Part shown: positions 57,028-64,000 of the stretch, in pieces
Layout: each line of letters begins with the position of its first letter
Numbering within the stretch: position 1 is the stretch's first letter
Assembly: GCA_017504585.1 (NCBI GenBank)
Contig: JAFVQX010000190.1
Span: forward strand, 250 to 64,249
DNA length: 64,000 bases
DNA from: Lentisphaeria bacterium
GTDB taxonomy: Bacteria > Verrucomicrobiota > Lentisphaeria > Victivallales > Victivallaceae
Reading direction: 5' to 3'
The notes under the pieces: generated by a model
Told to the model about the DNA's origin: nothing
The model's database searches: none
Seen by the model: only the letters and a program-made list of their open reading frames with translations
Program-made: the position numbers and the translations under genes

Positions 57028-58077
57028 TCAAAGCGGCAAGTTATGCACTTTGGCATCTTTGAAAAATCCGCCATCGGGTATGCTTGTGCAGGTAAAAAAC
57101 ATTTGTCCGGCGGGGGCAATGGTATCAAAAAACATCGCCTGATGCCGCTGGTCAAGCTCGCCGGTGACATCGTCGATCAGAGCAACGAGTTTTTCGGCAC
57201 CGTGATTTTGCATCAACATTCTTGAGGCGGCAAGTTTGCTGTTCAGCGCCGCCATGCGGTTCTGCCCGTTGCTGGCAAAGCCCCGCATGGCTTGTTTGCC
57301 CAGAAAAAAGCGGTAATCATCCAGATGACACCCGGTCAGGGTGGTGCGTTTTTCCATTTCCCGGCGGCGGCTGCGGGCAAAGGCTTCGGCATAAGCCGCC
57401 GCACCGTCGCTGCATTGGGGGTGATACTCCACAGAAACAGTTTCTTTGTTTTCGGGGGCGATCGCCGCCAGCATCCGGTTGAATTCTTCAATGAATTTGC
57501 TCCGGCGCAAAGTCAGCTCGGCGGCGCTCTCTGCCATAAGTTCTTCGTAAATTTCCAGCTTGGCCGGATCGGCTTTGCGGGGCGATTTAAGGAGCATATT
57601 GCGCAGTTTCAGCGCCGAAAGGTAATCGTGGAGTATATTCACATAGCCCGCCGAAAGCTGGCATGCTACCATATCAAAAAACCTTCGCCGTACTCCCGGC
57701 GCCCCGCAAACTATTTCCATATCTTCCGGCGCAAAAATCACCGGGAAATAGTGGCGGATAAAATCTCTGCCCGAGCGCTCCCGCCCGCCGTTGACCGTCA
57801 GCAGCCGCTCGTTGCTGTTGCTTACGGCAACTTCCAAAGTGCTTTGACTGCCCGACTCCTGCCAGACCCCCCGGAGATGAAAACTGTTTGCTTCGTGCCG
57901 CACCAATTCATTGATCCGCGCCGTGCGGAAACTGCGCAAAAGTCCCAGAAAACCCAACGCTTCCAACAAATTGCTTTTGCCGCTGCCGTTGACCCCGACC
58001 AGCAGATTTTTGCGGTCAAAAAACAAGCGCGCCCGTTCAAATGAACGCCAATTCAACACTCTGAATTCGCTGATCAT
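57028..58077 (-). CDS. recF: DNA replication and repair protein RecF
   Basis: It has the Walker A 'GVNGSGKSNLLEAL', lies downstream of dnaN, and has the SMC-like signature/Walker B region 'LIDDVTGELD'. Confidence 0.85.
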   Translation of the reverse strand: MISEFRVLNWRSFERARLFFDRKNLLVGVNGSGKSNLLEALGFLGLLRSFRTARINELVRHEANSFHLRGVWQESGSQSTLEVAVSNSNERLLTVNGGRERSGRDFIRHYFPVIFAPEDMEIVCGAPGVRRRFFDMVACQLSAGYVNILHDYLSALKLRNMLLKSPRKADPAKLEIYEELMAESAAELTLRRSKFIEEFNRMLAAIAPENKETVSVEYHPQCSDGAAAYAEAFARSRRREMEKRTTLTGCHLDDYRFFLGKQAMRGFASNGQNRMAALNSKLAASRMLMQNHGAEKLVALIDDVTGELDQRHQAMFFDTIAPAGQMFFTCTSIPDGGFFKDAKVHNLPL

Positions 58078-58118
58078 AAATCAGGACGCGCTTACTTTTA
58101 GCCCGATCGCGCCGAAAA

Positions 58119-59210
58119 TCAATGGCGCATGGGCATGATTACATAAACAAAACCATCGCCGCCGTCAATGGCGACCGGGCTGAAACCATCGTTGACTTTG
58201 AAAGTCATAGTTTCGCAATCGGCAAAACGCAGCGGATCGGCAAGAAACGCCGGATTGAACGAAGCACTCAAGGGCTCATCCGAAAATTCCACCGGCAGTT
58301 CCGCTGAACCTTCGCCGATGTCGCTGCTGGCAGCCCGCAGTTCCAGCTTGCCTTCGGAGAAGTTCAGAACAATGCATCCGGTGCTGTCTGCCAACACCTG
58401 CGATACCAGTTCGATCTTGCTCAAAAGCGCCGAAGTTGCCAGCGGTATCTGCTGACGGAACGTCGCCGGGATCACCTGGCGGTAGTTGGGGTAATTGCCT
58501 TCGATAAGTTTGCTGGTCAATATGGTGTCGGCGGTAACAAAACGTGCCATCTTTTCGCCGATTTCCAGCGTAATATCTTCCTGGGGGGCTGCCTGACGTT
58601 TGATTTCCTGTGCCGCCTGCAGCGGAATGATGCAATCGCCGTTGCTGCCGGAAACATTTTCCACATTGCGTTCGGTCATTGCCAGACGCTTGCTGTCGGT
58701 AGCAACCATGGTCACCACGCCGTCGCGCAGGCTGAACAGCATACCGTGCAGCACTTTGCGGCTGTCATTGAGCGTAATGGCATAGATGATCTGCCCCAGC
58801 ATACGTTTGAGATCCGCACCCTTGAAAGTGATAGTGCGTACCGGGGTGAGTTCTCCGGCACCGGGGAAATCTTCCGGCGCAATACCCAAAAGTTTGAAGC
58901 AGCTGGTGCCGCAGGTAACTTCGGCATGATGACGCTCGTCGCTGGAAATGACCACCATGGCGTCTTCAAAGTTATTGACCAGCGCCAGCAACCGTTTGGC
59001 AGGTATGGTGGTGGCACCGGCAAGTTCCACTTCGGCCTCAATGCGGGTAACGATGCGGATCTCCAGGTCCGTAGTGGTCAAACTTACCATATTGTCGTTG
59101 GCTTCGATCAATACATTGCCCAGAATGGGCAGGGTATTGCGGCTGCCGATGGTGCTGTTCACACGCTGGAGTGCTTTCAGGAGTTTTTCTCTGCTGACAG
59201 TAAATTTCAT
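58119..59210 (-). CDS. dnaN: DNA polymerase III beta sliding clamp
   Basis: 'MKFTVSREKLLKALQRV...ILGNVLIEA...LTTTDLEIRI' is the canonical DnaN N-terminus. The protein is 363 aa. Confidence 0.95.
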   Translation of the reverse strand: MKFTVSREKLLKALQRVNSTIGSRNTLPILGNVLIEANDNMVSLTTTDLEIRIVTRIEAEVELAGATTIPAKRLLALVNNFEDAMVVISSDERHHAEVTCGTSCFKLLGIAPEDFPGAGELTPVRTITFKGADLKRMLGQIIYAITLNDSRKVLHGMLFSLRDGVVTMVATDSKRLAMTERNVENVSGSNGDCIIPLQAAQEIKRQAAPQEDITLEIGEKMARFVTADTILTSKLIEGNYPNYRQVIPATFRQQIPLATSALLSKIELVSQVLADSTGCIVLNFSEGKLELRAASSDIGEGSAELPVEFSDEPLSASFNPAFLADPLRFADCETMTFKVNDGFSPVAIDGGDGFVYVIMPMRH

Positions 59211-59248
59211 ATTTTATACCTCGCTAAAGTTATTGCACCTTGAATTGT

Positions 59249-60040
59249 TTATGCCAGATATTCCACAGCATTGCGGAAGATCGCCACGCCGTCGCCTTCT
59301 TTGGGCAGATCGCCTTTCAGCTGATCTGCGGTCCAGGTGGGCGAGTTGTAGGGCGAGAGAAACGCTTCCGGGTGGGGCATTAAACCGAACACCCGGCCGG
59401 TTTCGTCGCAAATACCGGCAATGCTGTTGAGCGAACCGTTGGGGTTGGCAGGAAATTCCGTTGCCAGACTGCCGTCGGCATTGGCGTAGCGGAACGCCAC
59501 CAGATTTTTCGCTTCGATCTGCTTGAGCGTGGCGGCATCGGCAACAAATTTGCCTTCGCCGTGGCGCAGGGGCAGGCGGATAAGGTCGATGTTTTTGGTG
59601 AAAATACAGGGGCTGGACTGATTGGCGCGCAGCACGCACCAGTCGTCGCGGAAAACGCCGGAGTCGTTGTGCGCCAGCGCCGCCTGCTGCACAAAGTAGT
59701 TGCCGTTCAGTGCCGGAACGATCCCCAGACGGGAGATGGTCTGGAACCCGTTGCAGATACCGATAATGAGTTTGCCCGCAGCGATAAATTCTTTGAGCTC
59801 ATCCTGCAAACGGAAATGCACCCGGTTGGCAAAAACCGTACCGGCGCCCAGGTGGTCGCCGAAAGAGAAACCGCCGATAAATGCCAGGATCTGAAATTCC
59901 TTGAGTGAACGTTTACCGGAAATAAGGTCGTTGAGGTGAACCATGCTTACTTCGGCGCCCACATATTCAAATGCTGCAGTAGTTTCTTTTTCGCAGTTCA
60001 AACCAAATCCGGTGATGACCAGAGCCTTGACTTTAGCCAT
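59249..60040 (-). CDS. purQ: Phosphoribosylformylglycinamidine synthase glutaminase subunit
   Basis: It has a class-I glutamine amidotransferase fold with 'GICNGFQ' (nucleophile Cys) and 'HGEGKF'. Confidence 0.85.
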   Translation of the reverse strand: MAKVKALVITGFGLNCEKETTAAFEYVGAEVSMVHLNDLISGKRSLKEFQILAFIGGFSFGDHLGAGTVFANRVHFRLQDELKEFIAAGKLIIGICNGFQTISRLGIVPALNGNYFVQQAALAHNDSGVFRDDWCVLRANQSSPCIFTKNIDLIRLPLRHGEGKFVADAATLKQIEAKNLVAFRYANADGSLATEFPANPNGSLNSIAGICDETGRVFGLMPHPEAFLSPYNSPTWTADQLKGDLPKEGDGVAIFRNAVEYLA

Positions 60041-60100
60041 AATTCTGAAAACCCTTCTTATGTAATAATAGTGTTTATTGCTCTTTTATATTATTTTTAT

Positions 60101-60130
60101 ATAATATAAATGCAATTTCAAGATTGTCAA
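60101..60130 (-). promoter_or_regulatory. Sigma70-type promoter for purQ-dnaN-recF
   Basis: The minus strand reads TTGACA, an 18-nt spacer and TATTAT, inside a very AT-rich 170-bp gap. Confidence 0.5.
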
Positions 60131-60209
60131 GTCTGCGGAAAATCAAAAAAAGGTAATTTAGCTTCAAAAGCCGGTTTTTCCGGTCATATTGGCACTCATG
60201 GATATTTTA

Positions 60210-61181
60210 TCAGCTGCGTTTGGTACGGCATCGGACTTTTTTGACCGGAAAACCCAGCGCGTTGCGGAAAAGCCCGGCGATCTCCAAAGCGGTGTTTCTG
60301 CCCTCGGGGTAGGTTATCCCCAGATATTTTTCGGTAAAAACATCCAGCTGGGTCAGCACCAGATACAAGGGCAGCACCTCCGATTGCAGATGTTTGCAGA
60401 GCAAATTCAACAGTATGCCGGTCTTTTCGCCGGCATCGTAGAGCGCCGAAGCGAATTCCAGTTCGGTCAGCGGCACGCTCATATTGGCATGTTCTGCCAG
60501 CGCACTCAAATTCAGCGAAAGCCGGAAATTGGGATAGACCCGGTTGATATCTGACAGGGCAATGATCTTTTTTGACCACAAAACGCGGCAGCTCTCCGGC
60601 ACTAGATCGGCTATTTCGCTGTTGCGGAGCAGGGCTTTGCCCGGTGCAGCGGCATTTGCATTGACCGGACGCTGCCCGGCGGAGAACTCCGCCAGCACCG
60701 GCGGCTGATTATGTTCGTAATAACGCGCCAGTTCCAGATAAAGTGCGGGCGAGGCGCTGGCGATCTTCAGGGTCTTGAGCGCTCCCACGACCTGTTCTGC
60801 CAGCTTCCCGGCGGCGGCTTCCTCCAGTCCCAGATGGCGGCTGATAAGTTTTTCGGCATCCTCACAATTCACATCCAAAGCTATATACAAATGGCTGTTG
60901 GCGCGGCGGAAGACCTGGGCGACCTGGGCGTAACCGGCATTTTCCAATATACGGTTGACTGCGGCATCGACTTCGCTTTGGGTGAAGATGCGTTCGCAGC
61001 GCAAACTTTCCTGCATTGCCGCTTCCACCGCGCAAGCGATATCTTCGGCAAGGTAGCTGTTGGCATTGCCGGAGTTTTCGAAAGCCTCCTGCAATGCGGA
61101 TTTGAGCTTATCCACATCAAAGAGCTGCTGTCTGCCCTCGGCATCAATAACGTAAAGAAAATTGTCGGTCAGCGAAAGCAT
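60210..61181 (-). CDS. ATP-cone-like N-terminal domain protein with uncharacterised ~230-aa C-terminal domain
   Basis: Residues ~10-95, 'YVIDAEGRQQLFDVDKLKSALQEAF...LAEDIACAVEAAM...FTQSEVDAAVNRILENAGYAQVAQVFRR', follow the ATP-cone pattern. The gene starts 3 nt after the nrdR stop. Confidence 0.5.
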   Translation of the reverse strand: MLSLTDNFLYVIDAEGRQQLFDVDKLKSALQEAFENSGNANSYLAEDIACAVEAAMQESLRCERIFTQSEVDAAVNRILENAGYAQVAQVFRRANSHLYIALDVNCEDAEKLISRHLGLEEAAAGKLAEQVVGALKTLKIASASPALYLELARYYEHNQPPVLAEFSAGQRPVNANAAAPGKALLRNSEIADLVPESCRVLWSKKIIALSDINRVYPNFRLSLNLSALAEHANMSVPLTELEFASALYDAGEKTGILLNLLCKHLQSEVLPLYLVLTQLDVFTEKYLGITYPEGRNTALEIAGLFRNALGFPVKKVRCRTKRS

Positions 61182-61184
61182 GGG

Positions 61185-61631
61185 TCACTTGAGAGATCGT
61201 ATTTCGTTGATAAATTCTTCCACATCATGAAATTTGCGGTAAACACTGGCAAATCTTACATACGCCACCTGATCCAGCGCTTTCAATGCCAGCATCACCC
61301 GGTTGCCGATCTCGCTGCTGGGTACTTCGCGGTCAAAATCCCGCTGCAAAGCCTGACTTACATCGTCGATCAGCCGGTTGATATCTTCGGGGTCGATGGG
61401 GCGTTTATAGCAGGCGTTTTCGATACCTTTGCGGAGTTTATCGGCATCAAAATCCTCGCGCTCGCTGTTGCGTTTGACCACCTTGAGCTCGCTTTGGATG
61501 ATGCTTCCGTAAGTGCTGAAACGGTGGGCGCAAGCCAGACACTCCCGGCGGCGGCGCACCCCGAAACCCTCTTTGACCACCCGCGAGTCTATAACTTTAT
61601 CATCCTGAAATCCACAAGCCGGACAACGCAT
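61185..61631 (-). CDS. nrdR: Transcriptional repressor NrdR
   Basis: It has the zinc ribbon 'MRCPACG...CLAC' followed by an ATP-cone. The protein is 148 aa. Confidence 0.95.
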   Translation of the reverse strand: MRCPACGFQDDKVIDSRVVKEGFGVRRRRECLACAHRFSTYGSIIQSELKVVKRNSEREDFDADKLRKGIENACYKRPIDPEDINRLIDDVSQALQRDFDREVPSSEIGNRVMLALKALDQVAYVRFASVYRKFHDVEEFINEIRSLK

Positions 61632-61805
61632 AAAACCTCCTCATACTTTTACTTGCATATAATATGCCGCAATTTTGTATAAATGCAACGTTTTATATAA
61701 AAAATATGGCGGTTTTTATCTATATTTTCAGCAAGGAATTTGCAAAAAAGGGGCAGGAAGTGTATTTTAAACAAAATTTTGTTTTAATGAAAGGATCATT
61801 TTTTG

Positions 61806-62879
61806 ATGAAAGATGAAGATTTACAGAAATTGCGTTGCGAGATCGACTCCATCGATGCCGATCTTATAGCCTTGCTCAACCGCCGTTACAAAGCGGTCGA
61901 AGCCATCGGCGAATATAAACGTGAACGCCATTTGCCGGTCTATGACCCCTCCCGTCAGCGCAAACTTATGGAACGGCTGCAGGAGCTTAACAACGGGCCT
62001 ATGACTGCCGATATACTCAACGCCATTTACCGCGAGATCATGTCCGGATCCCACCGTTTGGAACGCCCCATCAGGGCGGCGTTTCTGGGGCCGCTGGGGA
62101 CATTTTCCCATCAGGCAACGCTGGAAATTTTCGGCAACGGTGCTGATCTGGCTCCGGAGAAAACCATTCCCGAAGTCTTCCGCGCCATCGAGTGCGACCG
62201 CGCTGATTACGGCTGCGTGCCTATCGAAAACTCCGCCGAAGGGGTCATCAATTACACTTTGGACTGGCTGGTGCGCTCCAGCGTGCGGATCACTGCCGAA
62301 AAATATTGCCGTGTGCATCACTCGCTGATGGCAAAATGCAAGCGCAATGAGATCAAACGCATCTGCAGTCACCCCCAGGTGCTGGGGCAATGCCGCGGCT
62401 ATCTGCTGGAAAACTTCCCCGGGATCGAACTGGTGGAAATGACCAGCACGGCTTACGCCGCTGAACGTGCTGCCGCCGAAGAATTTACCGCTACATTGGG
62501 CAGTCCGGTGGCAAGCGAACTTTACAAACTTGCCATTCTGGAAGAAAATGTGGAAGACTCCAGTTTTAACACCACCCGTTTTCTGGTGATCGGCAATCAG
62601 ACCACCAGCCGCAGCGGCGACGACAAAACCAGCTTGTGTTTTGTGGTCAAAAACCGCCCCGGCGCCCTTTACGAAGCGCTGGATCCGTTCCGCCGCGCCG
62701 GACTGCAGATGACTATGATCGAAAGCCGTCCGTGGCAGCAGCAGTCGGGCTGGGAATATTGCTTCTTTGTGGATTTGCTGGGACACCGCGACGATCCCAA
62801 AGTTGCCGAAGCATGTGCCGATGTGGAAAAACTCTCCGCATTTTTCAAGATCCTCGGCAGTTATCCCCGCATGGGCTGA
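61806..62879 (+). CDS. pheA: Bifunctional chorismate mutase / prephenate dehydratase
   Basis: The N-terminal CM is 'LRCEIDSIDADLIALLNRR', the PDT domain has 'AFLGPLGTFSHQA', and the C-terminal ACT has 'IESRP'. The ATG at 61806 is preferred over the TTG at 61803. Confidence 0.9.
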   Translation: MKDEDLQKLRCEIDSIDADLIALLNRRYKAVEAIGEYKRERHLPVYDPSRQRKLMERLQELNNGPMTADILNAIYREIMSGSHRLERPIRAAFLGPLGTFSHQATLEIFGNGADLAPEKTIPEVFRAIECDRADYGCVPIENSAEGVINYTLDWLVRSSVRITAEKYCRVHHSLMAKCKRNEIKRICSHPQVLGQCRGYLLENFPGIELVEMTSTAYAAERAAAEEFTATLGSPVASELYKLAILEENVEDSSFNTTRFLVIGNQTTSRSGDDKTSLCFVVKNRPGALYEALDPFRRAGLQMTMIESRPWQQQSGWEYCFFVDLLGHRDDPKVAEACADVEKLSAFFKILGSYPRMG

Positions 62880-62903
62880 AGAGAGCTGTAAAGGTACTGT
62901 ATC

Positions 62904-63914
62904 ATGAAAGAATATATCCGTAAAACTGCTTTTGTGGTGCTGGCATTGGCATTTTTCTTTGTGCCGTGGGCAGTTCCGGCGGTGCGTAATTATGCTCCCG
63001 GGATCGCAGTCATCGCCGGGATCATTTTTGCTGTCAGTGCCGGAAATCCATTCAGCCAGATCACCGGCAGGATCTCCAGTCAGCTTTTGGGTGTGGCGAT
63101 CGTGCTTATGGGGTTCGGCATGGATTTGCACAAGGTGCTTGCCGCCGGTGCGCAGGGGTTTTTTTACACCCTTATCGGTATTGCATTGGGGTTGAGTCTG
63201 GGGGTGTTTTTCGGCAAACTGTTCAAGATCGACAAAAACTGCTCATGGCTGGTCAGCGTGGGTACCAGTATTTGCGGCGGCAGCGCTATTGCCGCGGCGG
63301 CACCGGCATTGAAAGCCAAAGCTGACGATATAGCTTTGGCATCGGCGACAGTGTTTACCCTTAACGCGGTGGCTCTGCTGGTTTTTCCGTGGATCGGGCA
63401 GATGCTGGGCTTCAGCCAGACGGAATTCGGCTACTTTGCGGCTCTTGCCATCCACGATACCTCCAGCGTGGTCGGGGCGGCGTTCCAGTACGGAGAACAG
63501 GCGTTGGAAGTGGGTACTACTGTTAAACTTGCCCGGGCGCTGTGGATCGTGCCGGTAACACTTTTTATTGCCACATTCGTTGCGGCAAAAGAGGAGGGCG
63601 AAAAGAGAACTTTCAAGCTCAAAGTTCCCTGGTTCATCCCCGGATTTATTATTGCCGCAGCACTGATGACCTATCTGCCGCAGCTCTTCGGGGCAGACAG
63701 TATGGCCGCAACTGTTATTGATGGCACGGGCAGTTTGCTGAAAAGCATCAGCAAATATCTGATGATCTTCACATTGTTCATCATTGGCGCCAATCTCAGT
63801 CGATCCAAGCTCAAACAGCTGGGTGTCAGACCCTTATTGCACGGTGTGGTGCTGTGGCTGCTGCTGTCGACTGTCTGGTGTACTGCCATTTATTTTGACT
63901 GGGTAAAAGCCTGA
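62904..63914 (+). CDS. YeiH/UPF0324-family putative sulfate exporter membrane protein
   Basis: The protein is polytopic and carries 'GTSICGGSAIAAAAPALKA', characteristic of YeiH. Confidence 0.8.
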   Translation: MKEYIRKTAFVVLALAFFFVPWAVPAVRNYAPGIAVIAGIIFAVSAGNPFSQITGRISSQLLGVAIVLMGFGMDLHKVLAAGAQGFFYTLIGIALGLSLGVFFGKLFKIDKNCSWLVSVGTSICGGSAIAAAAPALKAKADDIALASATVFTLNAVALLVFPWIGQMLGFSQTEFGYFAALAIHDTSSVVGAAFQYGEQALEVGTTVKLARALWIVPVTLFIATFVAAKEEGEKRTFKLKVPWFIPGFIIAAALMTYLPQLFGADSMAATVIDGTGSLLKSISKYLMIFTLFIIGANLSRSKLKQLGVRPLLHGVVLWLLLSTVWCTAIYFDWVKA

Positions 63915-64000
63915 TGATCTACCTTGACCACGCGGCGGCAGCTCTGATCCTGCCCGAAGTGAAAGCCAGCTGCGAAATGCTGCTGGACAGATACTCCGGC
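63914..64000 (+). CDS. Class-V aminotransferase / cysteine desulfurase-like protein (5' fragment, runs off the window)
   Basis: The ATG overlaps the upstream stop (ATGA). 'MIYLDHAAA' is typical of NifS/IscS-like N-termini, but only 29 codons are visible. Confidence 0.4.
   Translation, partial: MIYLDHAAAALILPEVKASCEMLLDRYSG

Noticed and set aside
61108-61116. A perfect DnaA-box TTATCCACA near dnaN, and AT-rich gaps at 60041-60209 and 61632-61802, as a possible oriC.
   Set aside because: It is a single box located inside a coding region. I saw no cluster of boxes in the AT-rich gaps and no dnaA gene. The gaps are adequately explained as promoter regions.
1-64000. A search for tRNA, rRNA, tmRNA, integrase, transposase, toxin-antitoxin pairs and prophage genes.
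   Set aside because: None was recognised by eye in any intergenic region or ORF translation. Absence should be confirmed with tRNAscan-SE, Infernal and ISfinder-type searches.

Overview
This 64-kb chromosomal window appears to come from a PVC-superphylum bacterium. A Lentisphaerota/Victivallales-like origin is inferred only from four prepilin-type genes carrying the '[17 protein letters not shown]' helix plus an H-X9-(D/G)G-H tail. No rRNA, tRNA, CRISPR array, transposase or integrase was recognised. The window holds about 50 genes. (1) Positions 1-4.6 kb form an AT-richer accessory islet: a DUF1016/YhcG nuclease, an Abi_2 abortive-infection gene wedged between two tandemly duplicated pseudopilin paralogs, and a DUF4328 membrane protein. 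(2) Housekeeping blocks include a DEDDh exonuclease, two different cofactor-independent phosphoglycerate mutase homologs side by side, lpxA, lpxK, BamD-like/lptE, bamA, lepA-lepB, purU, recF-dnaN-purQ, nrdR, pheA and a eukaryote-type fused 748-aa phosphofructokinase. (3) An orphan pair of tandem paralogous secretins is present. (4) Three glycan-utilisation-like loci encode very large secreted CBM9-like/LamG/discoidin/CBM4_9-like proteins. Two of these loci are operons headed by an H-X9-DG pseudopilin-like gene, and one is controlled by a LacI regulator with four recognisable operators. (5) A LysR-regulated RND efflux pair is present. Nearly all long intergenic gaps are filled by a mosaic family of short repeats: a 10-bp satellite, a 53-61 bp hairpin element with terminal inverted repeats, roughly 120-bp tandem units, and a 'ctacgccgtgacaag' module. 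The best candidates for an undescribed system are the pseudopilin-led enzyme operons together with the orphan double secretin. Secondary candidates are the Abi_2-in-pilin-duplication islet and an ATP-cone protein translationally coupled to NrdR. All calls rest on reading the translated ORFs and the DNA by eye; no searches were run.
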